Of a DNA stretch of 64,000 nucleotides, positions 25,521 through 34,735 are shown in pieces. Under the pieces are notes generated by a model. It was not told where the DNA came from. It saw only the letters and a list, made by a program, of their open reading frames with translations, and ran no database searches. The stretch comes from an uncultured Candidatus Saccharimonadales bacterium (GTDB taxonomy: Bacteria > Patescibacteriota > Saccharimonadia > UBA4664), in assembly GCA_964609585.1 (NCBI GenBank), contig CAZSRA010000001.1, positions 45,816 to 109,815 of the forward strand, given 5' to 3'. Both the position numbers and the translations under genes were made by a program. The first letter of the stretch is position 1, and each line of letters begins with the position of its first letter.

Positions 25521-28500
25521 ATGATTTTCAAGCTTATCAAAAAGCATTTGAGTAATCTGATAAATCCTCGTACTGCTCTGGCCTTTATTGGGCTTGGGCT
25601 TGTTTCGGTTGGAATTGCGGGACTTAATGCGCAATCGGCTCAGGCCGTGGGTGCCGCTGGAATCAATCAGACTATCAACTACCAAGGCCGGCTCCTCAAT
25701 GCGGCTGGGGCCGTGATTGCTGATGGTACTTACAACATGGAATTTAAAATCTACCAAGATGGTGATGGTTGTGTGTCTGGTGGTACCTCGCCGTGTAGCG
25801 GTACTTTGAAGTGGACGGAAGATTGGATCAATAGCGGTACGGACAAACGGGTGGTCGTGAAGAATGGTTACTTTTCGGTAAACCTGGGGAGTGTTACCGC
25901 TTTCGGTGGTTCGGTGAACTGGAACTGGGACACTTTGTGGCTAACTCAGACGGTGGCTTCGGGGAATCCTACTGGGAGCTGTACGCCTTTCTCGACTTGC
26001 AATAGTGGTAACGAGCCGGAAATGCTGCCGATGAAGCGGTTGTCGAGTGCGGTGTACGCCTTGAATTCGCAGCAACTTGGAGGACTGACGGCGGGGCAAT
26101 ACGTACAGCTAGCGCAGGGAGTGCAAGCAGATTCGAGCACGACTAACCCATCAATTTTTATCAATAAGACGGGTGCGACGGCCAACATTTTGGAGCTGCA
26201 AAAGGCAGGGGGAGATGTGTTGACGGTGAATAATGCTGGTGCGACTACTTTGCAAAATAGTACCGACTCGGCAACGGGCTTCTTGGTGAAGTCGGCCTCT
26301 GGTTCGCTGAATGCGTCGGTGTTTGATGTAGACACTTTGAACCAGCGCATCGGGGTCAACACGAATGCTCCGAGTGATACATTCCAGATTAATCAAGGGA
26401 CGACGGCGCTGCCGGGGACAGTATCGAACAGCGCTAGTTCGCCGAATGTGACGGGCTCTGCTACGACATTTACCACGAGCTTTTTGGTAGGGGATACGTT
26501 TACCGTTACTTCTACGACTAATACTTGTACGATTTTAAGCATTACCGACAATACTCATTTGGTTTGTACGGGAAATTTGAGCACGCTTTCGTCGAACTCG
26601 GCTTACACGATGGGTAACATTGGGCGGATTGGTGTTTTGGCCAATGGCTCTTTGGGCGTGGGGACGACGAGTCCGACGCAATCCTTGCAGGTGACGGATG
26701 CGGGTGGAAATACGGCATTTTCGGTAGACACGCGCAACCTCCGGGTGGGCATTGGGACGGCAAACCCAACGAACCGATTTACGGTAAATGGTGGCAATAG
26801 CTTATTTACCAATACTTCGACTACGAGTACGACGCCAACGTTGTCGGTAACCACTACGGCGACTCCGACGACGGGTAATACGATTACGAGCTTGTCGAAC
26901 ACCCTTACGAACACGCCGACGAGTGTGGCTAACACGGCAATTGGGCAGGCTGTGACGGTGACAGATGCGACGACGCTTGCGAACACGCTCCAAGGTTTCA
27001 GCTTGGTCGTGAGCGACACCGGGACTGGGGCGAAAGTGGTGCGGGGACTGAGCGTGGATACCACTGGTACGACGAACGGGTCGGCCGCGGTGACGACGGC
27101 ATTGTTTAAGGCGGCCACTTCAACTACGGCTTTCCAGGTGCAAAATACTAGTTCGCAGGCGATTTTGGCTGTGGACACTTCGGCTAATGTAGTGGCGATT
27201 GGCGGCACCCAGCCGACGGTACAAAGTGCTTCGGGTAATTTGACGGTACTGGCCCAGGGCACTAATCAGTTGTCGCTTGATACGGGTAGTACTGGAACAG
27301 TGGTGGTGGGTAGCAGCAATGCGGCAACGGTAACGATTGGTAATTCGAACACGGCAACGAATGTGACCGGGATTTTGGGTGGTGCGGGGGCGAGCGGCGG
27401 TGGGATTAATATTGGTGGTGGGACCAATGCCCAGACTGTCAATATTGGTAGTACGGTGGCGGCAACAGCGGTCAATATTCAGGGTGGTTCGACTGGCGGT
27501 ATTAACATTGGTACTTCGGGTAGTCCGACGATCACGATTGGTAACTCGGCCACGACAACCAAGATGGGCGGACGCGTCGGTGTCGGCACTGCGGCTCCGA
27601 CGGAGCAGCTGGACGTTGAAGGCCAACTTCCCTCTGCGACTATAGGTAGCGCCTTTACAACCGGAAATCCCGCCTACGATGTAGCTACCGAAGGGCAGTA
27701 CGCCTACACTGCTTCTTACGGTAAGTTTGATACTTGGGACGTTACTCGCCCAAGCGCACCGGTCAAGTTGGGAACTCTCTCCATCTCTACCGGCATCGTT
27801 TATGTGAAGGTTAGTGGTAAATATGCCTTCGTAGTAAATGGCACAACCAGTCAGCTCTACATCATAAACATTAGTAATCCTGCTAGCCCGTCACTGACTG
27901 CTACAGTTGGCACCTCAGTAACTGTGGGTACCCTAACCCAGTTAAATACGGTGGCGATACAGGGCCGTTATATGTACCTCGGCGCATCTACGGTTAGCAA
28001 TAATTACGTTCTTGTCTATGACATTAGCAATCCAGCAACTCCGCAGTATGTGGCGAACGTTATCGAAACACAAGGCGTAGACTCCATAGCGATCCAAGGT
28101 ACTTACCTTTATGCCACGATTGCTGCCACCGGTTTGCAGATAGTTGATATCTCCAATCCCGCAGCGCCTGTCAACAAGGGGTCTCTTTCTTCCTCCTCAA
28201 CTAATACCGTTATCGTACAAGGCCGGTACGCCTACTTGTCTCTCGGTACTACTTTGCAGGCGGTCAACGTATCTGATCCAACCGCTCCCGTGAGCGCGGG
28301 GACCGTCACGCTTGATAGCTCAGAATCAAATATGGTTATGCAGGGAAAATACATATATGTAGCTATCAGCACCTCGCATGAGCTTCAGGTAGTTAACGTT
28401 TCGAACCCGGCTTCAATGAGCATCACGGGAACTATCGCCACCGGAACCGAAGTCCGATCCGTCGCCCTAGCCGGCAACTACGCTTATGTATCCGACTATA

Positions 28501-31500
28501 CCAACGGCAAAATCCTCGTGTACGACATGGGGGGTGCTTATATACAGCAATTGCAAGCTGGAGGTATAGCCGCCACAACGCTCGATGTCAGCAACAGCCT
28601 ACAGGTGGAGGGCGCCGCAAGCTTTTCGAATGGCCTGCGTGTAAATCAAGGATTTAGCGCAGATGGAAATAGCAGCGTTCAGGGTAGTTTCCAGGTACAA
28701 AATGCGAGCGGTACAACAGTACTCAATGCCGACGCGACTCAGGGTACGCTCACGACTAACGGGGGCAGCTTAACTATAAACGGTATAGCGAATCCCGCTG
28801 CGCCCACACTTACTAGCAGTAGTACGGGCGGATCGCTGGCTGCTAATACCTACTTCTATAGGCTCGATGCGGTAGGTACGGGTGGCAGTGGGACAACCGC
28901 GGGAATTCCATCTAGCCCTGGGTCAGTCACGACCTCTGGAAGTGCTAGCCAAAACACGTTGTCATGGACTGCGGTACCTAATGCCACTGCCTATGACGTT
29001 TACCGCTCGATCGATGGCGGAAATACTTGGTTTTATAACCAATTCAGTAGCGCTACAACCTCTATTATCGACAATGGCAGCACCTATACATGGGCTACGA
29101 GTGGTTCTTTCTCCAATTTCAGCAATGCTGGTGGTATAAACTTACAAAAAAGTACGGGAATTACCTTCGACGCGGGTTCTGGGGGGACGTATCAGATGGA
29201 AATATTTGATAACGTTAACGGCGGCAATACCCTGACGATGGGCAACTATAACGCTGGTGGGAGTGTAGACATACAGGGTCAGAATTTTTACCTAACTGAT
29301 ACTAGCACGTATAACCACGACTTTAGCATGACAAATACGGGTGCAATCACTCTCAAAAACAGTGTGAATTCATCGGCGGCGTTTCAGGTGCAGAACTCGA
29401 GCGGAGCGAGTTTGCTGGGGGTAAATACGTTGACGAGCAATTTGAATTTGGTTGCTAATCCGTCGTTTGAAGTGACGACGAATGGGTGGAGCCTGCGTGG
29501 GGCAGCGACGGTCACTTATGACGATGCGGCTGGTAACGCACTCTACGGCGGCTCGACGCTTAAAATGGTGAATACGGCTTCGGGTGATGGGGCGAAGTAT
29601 TCATATCCTTTACTGCCGTCGCAACAATATTCGCTGAGTATGTGGGCCAAGGCGTCGGTAGCGACGACGATGATCCTGGGTCGGCAAGAAAATGGGTCCG
29701 ATGTGGAGACGGGTTGTGTGGCGGCTAGTGTAACCACGAGCTGGACTCAGGTGACTTGTACGTTTACGACGGGTGCAACGATTAACACGGCGAGCAATAT
29801 TTACATTCGCCAGACGGTGGCGGGAACTCCGACCGTGTATCTGGACGGGGTAATGCTTGTGACTGGCGCGACGGTCCAATCGTATGTGGCTCCGTCCAAT
29901 AACTTACAGGTGGATGCTGGGTCGAGCAATCTGACCCTAAACAACGCGAATACGGGTGAGCTCCAATCATGGCGGCAAACTAATGCCATGGGGACGGGCC
30001 GGCGGTACGCCAGCACCGTAACTGCTAATGGTTACATCTATTATATTGGTGGCTGTACCGGAGCTTGTAGTGCTGGGCTTGGCGTTACCACGGTGGACTA
30101 TGCCAAGATTAACGCGGATGGATCGGTGGGGACTACGACATGGTCTACCACAACGGCTTTGCCGCAAGCACGTTATGGTCACACGGCGTTTACCCTTAAC
30201 GGGTATCTTTATGTCGTAGGTGGAGATAATGCTACAGGAGCTCTAAATGCCGCGCCCCAAACCACGGTGTATTATAGTCGGCTAAACCAGACTGATGGTA
30301 CTTTGGGCAGTTGGCAGACATCGGCGAACTCCCTGCTGGCAGCGAGAGAGTTTCATACGTCAGTTACTGCTAACGGCTATGCTTACGTGATTGGTGGCGA
30401 CAATGCTGGGGCGCAGTCTACGGCATACTATGCAAAGCTGTACTCCGATGGTTCAACCGCGGCGTGGGCTACTACAACACCTCTAAGCACCGGCGCTGCC
30501 GTTCGCCGGGAGGCGGATTCGGTGGTAGCGAATGGCTACGTGTATGTGATAGGTGGCGATAGTGCCGGAACGGCGCAGTCGACCGTGTATTACAACAGCT
30601 TAAACGCCGACGGTACATTGGGTGCTTCTTGGGCTAGTACAACGGCATTGCCACAGATACGGCGCTACGAGACGACTGTTACGGCAAATGGCTATATTTA
30701 TGCGATTGGCGGTGATAACGGTAGTGGTGTTGCTACCAACACTGTTTATTATGCGGCAATTACGGCGGGTGGTCTGATTGGCTCATGGTTTACGAACGGA
30801 ACAACCTTGCCGGCTGCACGGTGGGGGCAGTCGACTATGCTTGCTAACGGGTATGTCTATGCTTTGAGCGGTTATGACGGCTCTAATCCTCAGCCAACCG
30901 TTTATTATGCTAGTACTTCACGAGTGATGCTTGGTGGTTCTTTGGATCTTGTGGGTCTTAATTCGCAGACCTTGACGGACCCGGGCGGGGCGGGATCGAT
31001 TGTTGCTGGTAATATTCGAGCCGTGGGTGCGCTTCAAGTGGAGGGATTTGCTGACTTTAATACGGGTCTGGCGGTGGCCAGTGGCCTCACTATCAATACG
31101 GTGGGCTCAAGTGCTGGGCAAACGATTCTTAATGCCAACGATTCAAGCGGCAACAGTATTTTTGGGCTTAAATATCTAGCAGGGAATTTCGGTGCTTTCG
31201 CGTCCGCGGGTGCGTTTGTGAGCAAGAACAACTATTGGGGCGAGGAGTTTAACGTTACCCAGACGAACGTCTGTAGCCGCACGACCACAACGAATGGCTG
31301 GAAGGCGCGTGGTGACTTTGGAAGTAATGGTGGTACGGCCTGTACTCCAGGTGACGGCGAACTCGCCTTTAGTTCCGTTTTGGGAGTAGCAGCTAGTGGT
31401 AATACGAGCGCGGCTTGTACTTCTAACTCGGGGGCCTGTGGTGGTAGCTTGCCAGCGGCAAACTACGGGCTTGAGCGAATATCGGCGGTGTCTACGATTA

Positions 31501-32879
31501 CTGCCTCAAACACGGCGGCTAGCCTTGAATATATCGCTACCAATGCAGCTGGAGGTACGGCTTCGGGACTAACGGCGGCAAATAACTTGCCGGTGTTTAC
31601 GGCTAAGGTGAAGCCAAGTTTAACCGCTTCGGGTAGCAATGCTCGGTTCTTTGTGGGCCTGGGAGATAAGGGTGTAGCTAGCGGACTATTTCCGAATAAC
31701 GGGGTATTTTTCAGCAACTGTACGGCCACTGCTGTACCAGCGTGTGCCGGTACGAACTGGATAGGTGTGGTAACAAGCGCATCGGCGGTGGTGGGGACGG
31801 TGACGTGCAATGTTGGACTGGATAACTCCAATAACATCAATACAGTGAGTTTTAACTATCTTCGGATTGAGGTCCGGTCCAATACTGATTATCATTTCTT
31901 CGTTGATACGGACACATCTAACGGCGTGAACGAAAAAGAGTGTGGCTCTGGTATATCGGGCACTGGCCCGGGTGCTACTGGTTTATCGCCAATGCTTGAG
32001 ACTGCTTTTATGACCGCAACGGCAACGACTGAAAACATGGACGTAGACTTCGTGCGCATTTGGCAGGACGACCCGCCGGCAGGTGGCCAGCAGGCAGAAG
32101 TCCTGCAGCAAAGTGGTGGCGGCGAAGCGCCGCTTGTGCCCGATGTAGCGCCCGGCGATCGATCTGGTTGGGCGAATTCGCCGTTGGTAGACTTTACGGC
32201 GGCCACGAATGAGGACACGATTTTTGACCATGACGTGTATGTGAAGGGGACATTGTATGCCGACAAGATTAAGGCTAACCAAATAGAGGGATTGGACGTT
32301 TTGACTAATAGCGTGGACAGTTTGCAGGCGAAATTGGCTGCAAGTGGGCAGCCTGCTGGTCCGGCTTTGCCTAGTGCGCCCTTGGCAAGTCCCGGTGTGA
32401 ATTTGAATGGACTGAAGATTGACAATGGCTCAGTGTCGGCCGACATGAATGTGAAGGGAGGTTTGACGGTCGGGGGAGCGGCTGACTTCCAGGGCAGCGC
32501 ATTCTTCCGCGGACTGGTGACGTTTGTTCAGAAAACGGTCTTTAACAATGATGTGAGTTTCGAAGGTCGGCCGACATTTAATAGTGACACGGCTGGATAC
32601 GCGACGATTTACCCCACTCAGCAAGAGGTGAGTGTGAAATTTGACCGGCCATACGATCAGACGCCGGTCGTGGTGGTGTCGCTCAAGAATGGATTGTTTG
32701 AGCAGTTTTCGTACAAAGATGCGACTACAACGGGCTTTACGATTGTCTTGCCGAAGGCAGCGACCGAGGAACTAGACTTTTCATGGTATGCCGTGAGCGT
32801 GAAAGATGCGAAAACAACGGCTTTACCAACGCCAAGTCCGTCGGTGAGTCCGAGGCCGAGCCCGGCTTTGTCGCCGTAA
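25521..32879 (+). CDS. Giant mosaic surface protein (2452 aa). Order: N-terminal anchor/signal, conserved N-domain, T/S/N-rich beta repeats, LVIVD repeats, FN3, CBM4_9-like domain, six Kelch repeats, ConA-like domain, C-terminal H-type-lectin-like domain.
   Basis: The N-domain 'INYQGRLLNAAGAVIADGTYNMEFKIY...SCTPFSTC...MLPMKRLSSAVYALNSQQLGGL' is shared with the 987-aa protein. LVIVD-type repeats lie at nt ~27640-28530 (e.g. GQYAYTASYGKFDTWDV, GKILVYDMGG). The CBM4_9 pattern lies at nt ~29445-29860 (NPSFE..NGW...YSLSMWAKAS...VYLDGVMLV). Kelch repeats lie at nt ~30000-30880 (ANGYIYYIGG, LNGYLYVVGGDNATG...). The C-terminal 'FDRPYDQTPVVVVSLKNGLFEQFSYKDATTTGFTIVLPKAATEELDFSWYAVS' matches the H-type lectin pattern, as in the discoidin C-terminus. 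Confidence 0.8.
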   Translation: MIFKLIKKHLSNLINPRTALAFIGLGLVSVGIAGLNAQSAQAVGAAGINQTINYQGRLLNAAGAVIADGTYNMEFKIYQDGDGCVSGGTSPCSGTLKWTEDWINSGTDKRVVVKNGYFSVNLGSVTAFGGSVNWNWDTLWLTQTVASGNPTGSCTPFSTCNSGNEPEMLPMKRLSSAVYALNSQQLGGLTAGQYVQLAQGVQADSSTTNPSIFINKTGATANILELQKAGGDVLTVNNAGATTLQNSTDSATGFLVKSASGSLNASVFDVDTLNQRIGVNTNAPSDTFQINQGTTALPGTVSNSASSPNVTGSATTFTTSFLVGDTFTVTSTTNTCTILSITDNTHLVCTGNLSTLSSNSAYTMGNIGRIGVLANGSLGVGTTSPTQSLQVTDAGGNTAFSVDTRNLRVGIGTANPTNRFTVNGGNSLFTNTSTTSTTPTLSVTTTATPTTGNTITSLSNTLTNTPTSVANTAIGQAVTVTDATTLANTLQGFSLVVSDTGTGAKVVRGLSVDTTGTTNGSAAVTTALFKAATSTTAFQVQNTSSQAILAVDTSANVVAIGGTQPTVQSASGNLTVLAQGTNQLSLDTGSTGTVVVGSSNAATVTIGNSNTATNVTGILGGAGASGGGINIGGGTNAQTVNIGSTVAATAVNIQGGSTGGINIGTSGSPTITIGNSATTTKMGGRVGVGTAAPTEQLDVEGQLPSATIGSAFTTGNPAYDVATEGQYAYTASYGKFDTWDVTRPSAPVKLGTLSISTGIVYVKVSGKYAFVVNGTTSQLYIINISNPASPSLTATVGTSVTVGTLTQLNTVAIQGRYMYLGASTVSNNYVLVYDISNPATPQYVANVIETQGVDSIAIQGTYLYATIAATGLQIVDISNPAAPVNKGSLSSSSTNTVIVQGRYAYLSLGTTLQAVNVSDPTAPVSAGTVTLDSSESNMVMQGKYIYVAISTSHELQVVNVSNPASMSITGTIATGTEVRSVALAGNYAYVSDYTNGKILVYDMGGAYIQQLQAGGIAATTLDVSNSLQVEGAASFSNGLRVNQGFSADGNSSVQGSFQVQNASGTTVLNADATQGTLTTNGGSLTINGIANPAAPTLTSSSTGGSLAANTYFYRLDAVGTGGSGTTAGIPSSPGSVTTSGSASQNTLSWTAVPNATAYDVYRSIDGGNTWFYNQFSSATTSIIDNGSTYTWATSGSFSNFSNAGGINLQKSTGITFDAGSGGTYQMEIFDNVNGGNTLTMGNYNAGGSVDIQGQNFYLTDTSTYNHDFSMTNTGAITLKNSVNSSAAFQVQNSSGASLLGVNTLTSNLNLVANPSFEVTTNGWSLRGAATVTYDDAAGNALYGGSTLKMVNTASGDGAKYSYPLLPSQQYSLSMWAKASVATTMILGRQENGSDVETGCVAASVTTSWTQVTCTFTTGATINTASNIYIRQTVAGTPTVYLDGVMLVTGATVQSYVAPSNNLQVDAGSSNLTLNNANTGELQSWRQTNAMGTGRRYASTVTANGYIYYIGGCTGACSAGLGVTTVDYAKINADGSVGTTTWSTTTALPQARYGHTAFTLNGYLYVVGGDNATGALNAAPQTTVYYSRLNQTDGTLGSWQTSANSLLAAREFHTSVTANGYAYVIGGDNAGAQSTAYYAKLYSDGSTAAWATTTPLSTGAAVRREADSVVANGYVYVIGGDSAGTAQSTVYYNSLNADGTLGASWASTTALPQIRRYETTVTANGYIYAIGGDNGSGVATNTVYYAAITAGGLIGSWFTNGTTLPAARWGQSTMLANGYVYALSGYDGSNPQPTVYYASTSRVMLGGSLDLVGLNSQTLTDPGGAGSIVAGNIRAVGALQVEGFADFNTGLAVASGLTINTVGSSAGQTILNANDSSGNSIFGLKYLAGNFGAFASAGAFVSKNNYWGEEFNVTQTNVCSRTTTTNGWKARGDFGSNGGTACTPGDGELAFSSVLGVAASGNTSAACTSNSGACGGSLPAANYGLERISAVSTITASNTAASLEYIATNAAGGTASGLTAANNLPVFTAKVKPSLTASGSNARFFVGLGDKGVASGLFPNNGVFFSNCTATAVPACAGTNWIGVVTSASAVVGTVTCNVGLDNSNNINTVSFNYLRIEVRSNTDYHFFVDTDTSNGVNEKECGSGISGTGPGATGLSPMLETAFMTATATTENMDVDFVRIWQDDPPAGGQQAEVLQQSGGGEAPLVPDVAPGDRSGWANSPLVDFTAATNEDTIFDHDVYVKGTLYADKIKANQIEGLDVLTNSVDSLQAKLAASGQPAGPALPSAPLASPGVNLNGLKIDNGSVSADMNVKGGLTVGGAADFQGSAFFRGLVTFVQKTVFNNDVSFEGRPTFNSDTAGYATIYPTQQEVSVKFDRPYDQTPVVVVSLKNGLFEQFSYKDATTTGFTIVLPKAATEELDFSWYAVSVKDAKTTALPTPSPSVSPRPSPALSP

Positions 32880-32902
32880 GGTGATTTGAGCTGATGCAAG
32901 CT

Positions 32903-32929
32903 AAAAGGAGCCTGAAATGGGCTCCTTTT
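32903..32929. terminator. Bidirectional rho-independent terminator between convergent genes.
   Basis: Stem aaaaggagcc, loop tgaaat, stem gggctcctttt. It has A-tracts 5' and T-tracts 3'. Confidence 0.7.
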
Positions 32930-32957
32930 AGTGTGGGATGCTAAGCCGTTTTAAGAT

Positions 32958-34073
32958 TTAAGGCACTAAATGGCCGGTGCAGGTGTTGCCATTATTGTTG
33001 CTATTGGTGCCGTCTGGACAGGTCGTGTTTGACCAGGTTGGATTTGAGAGAGTGCCGGTACCAAGGTTTTGGGCACCGGTAAGGTTTGAGCCGGTGAAAT
33101 TTGGATTGGTTAAGTTAGTGTTGGTAAAACCAGTGGCATTGCCGATACTTGGGTTTATTGACAGGTCTGTTCCGGTAAAATTGGCGCCTGTAAAACTTGA
33201 ATTGCTCAGATCGGCGCCGCGCAAATCGGCGTTGGTAAAATTGGGATTTGTTCCGGTTGAGCCGGTAATGCGAACGCGGCTCGGGAGGTCACCGAAGGAG
33301 GTGCCAATGAATTTGGTGTTCGTGATATTTGAGGAGTCGAAGGTGAGCATGGTGCCGTTTAGGGCTTTGGCCGAGGTGAGGTCGGCTCCGGTGAGATTGG
33401 TATTGGAGAAGGAGGCTGCGTTGCCGAAGTCGACATTGCTAAAAATTACACCCGATAGATCGGAGTTAGCGAAGTTAATCGAGGTGAGCTGATTGGCGGT
33501 GAGATTTCGGTTGGCTAGTCCGCTAACGTTGGTGAGGGATGTGCCGGTGAAATCAATGCCGCTAAGGCTGGTTGCTCCGAGTGCGATGGTGTTGAGGGTG
33601 GTGCCGTTGAGATTTGAGTTCGTAAGATTTGTGCTTGAGAAATCTTCGTGATCTAAAGCGGCATTGGTGAGGTCGACTCCAGATACATTGGCATTTGTGA
33701 GATCGGTGTGAGAGAGCCTGGTGCTTGTGAGCGAAGCATTGGATAAATCAGCGCTCCGGAAGTCTCGGTAGCGCAAATCCATGCCGTCGAGCGCAGCCCC
33801 GGCTAGATTGGTTATGAATTGGCCGGGGGCGGCGGAATTCCAAGACAGTGCGGTTTCGCCGCTATTGCAGGTTTGGCTTGGACTATCGATGATGCGAACT
33901 TTGCCGAGCAAGCCCGTGCTATTACAGGCGTGAATGACGCCGCCGGTATCTGGAATGGAGGCAAGTACCGTAGCGGATCCAACGAGCGTGAGCGTTATGC
34001 CTGCGGCAACTCCGGTAAAGAATTTGGGCTGTTGCCTAACGGTACGGACTAGCATGCGGAGTAAGTTGCGCAT
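32958..34073 (-). CDS. Secreted pentapeptide-repeat protein (371 aa).
   Basis: Signal peptide MRNLLRMLVRTVRQQPKFFTGVAAGITLTLVGSATVLA. There are ~50 consecutive A(D/N)LxX pentapeptides (e.g. ADLSNASLTSTRLSHTDLTNANVSGVDLTNAAL). Cys pairs flank them at both ends. Confidence 0.8.
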   Translation of the reverse strand: MRNLLRMLVRTVRQQPKFFTGVAAGITLTLVGSATVLASIPDTGGVIHACNSTGLLGKVRIIDSPSQTCNSGETALSWNSAAPGQFITNLAGAALDGMDLRYRDFRSADLSNASLTSTRLSHTDLTNANVSGVDLTNAALDHEDFSSTNLTNSNLNGTTLNTIALGATSLSGIDFTGTSLTNVSGLANRNLTANQLTSINFANSDLSGVIFSNVDFGNAASFSNTNLTGADLTSAKALNGTMLTFDSSNITNTKFIGTSFGDLPSRVRITGSTGTNPNFTNADLRGADLSNSSFTGANFTGTDLSINPSIGNATGFTNTNLTNPNFTGSNLTGAQNLGTGTLSNPTWSNTTCPDGTNSNNNGNTCTGHLVP

Positions 34074-34195
34074 GGATACCTCCTTAATTTTTTAGTAATT
34101 TTAAGCATAAGAGTTATGAATGAGCGATACAATAGTTCGGTATACACGACGCGAGTTGCTGTTGAGCGACATGTTCGTTACACTGAGCATAAGCA

Positions 34196-34693
34196 ATGAG
34201 TGAGATGAAGTTACAACCCGGCATGTCTTCGGAAAAAGCCCGTATATATAGTGACGGTCTGCGTGGCGGTCAACTTCCAGCGAAGACAGTGAGCCCACAG
34301 CGGTCTTGGCGCGACAATTTTTGGAAGCGTCGATGGTGGCAGGTGGCGATAGCGGCTGTACTCGTGGCAGCGGTGGGTTACTTGGTATATGGCTACGCTA
34401 ATGCGCAGACGGAACTGGCTCGTTTGAACGGCGGTTCGGGTAGTGAGGTGCAGTCGCTCGTAAATCAGATAGGCCGGTATCTGGTTTTGCCCGATGAGGC
34501 GCCAACGCTCGCGACAGTGAATGATGTTTCAAAATTGAAGAACCAAGAATTCTTCAAGAATGCTCAAAATGGCGATAAAGTGCTCATTTTTTCAAAGGCA
34601 GGTCGGGCTTTGCTGTACCGGGTGTCGACGAAAAAGATTATTGAGTACTCGAAGGTGGATTTGAGTTCGTCGGGGACCGGCTCTACGCCATAA
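34196..34693 (+). CDS. Small membrane-anchored protein (165 aa) of unknown function.
   Basis: It has an N-terminal cytoplasmic segment, one TM helix (WWQVAIAAVLVAAVGYLVYGY) and a ~100-aa extracytoplasmic domain. Confidence 0.5.
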   Translation: MSEMKLQPGMSSEKARIYSDGLRGGQLPAKTVSPQRSWRDNFWKRRWWQVAIAAVLVAAVGYLVYGYANAQTELARLNGGSGSEVQSLVNQIGRYLVLPDEAPTLATVNDVSKLKNQEFFKNAQNGDKVLIFSKAGRALLYRVSTKKIIEYSKVDLSSSGTGSTP

Positions 34694-34735
34694 TTTTGCT
34701 GGCTTGCAGGCGTAATTGAGGGTACAATAAAGCTA

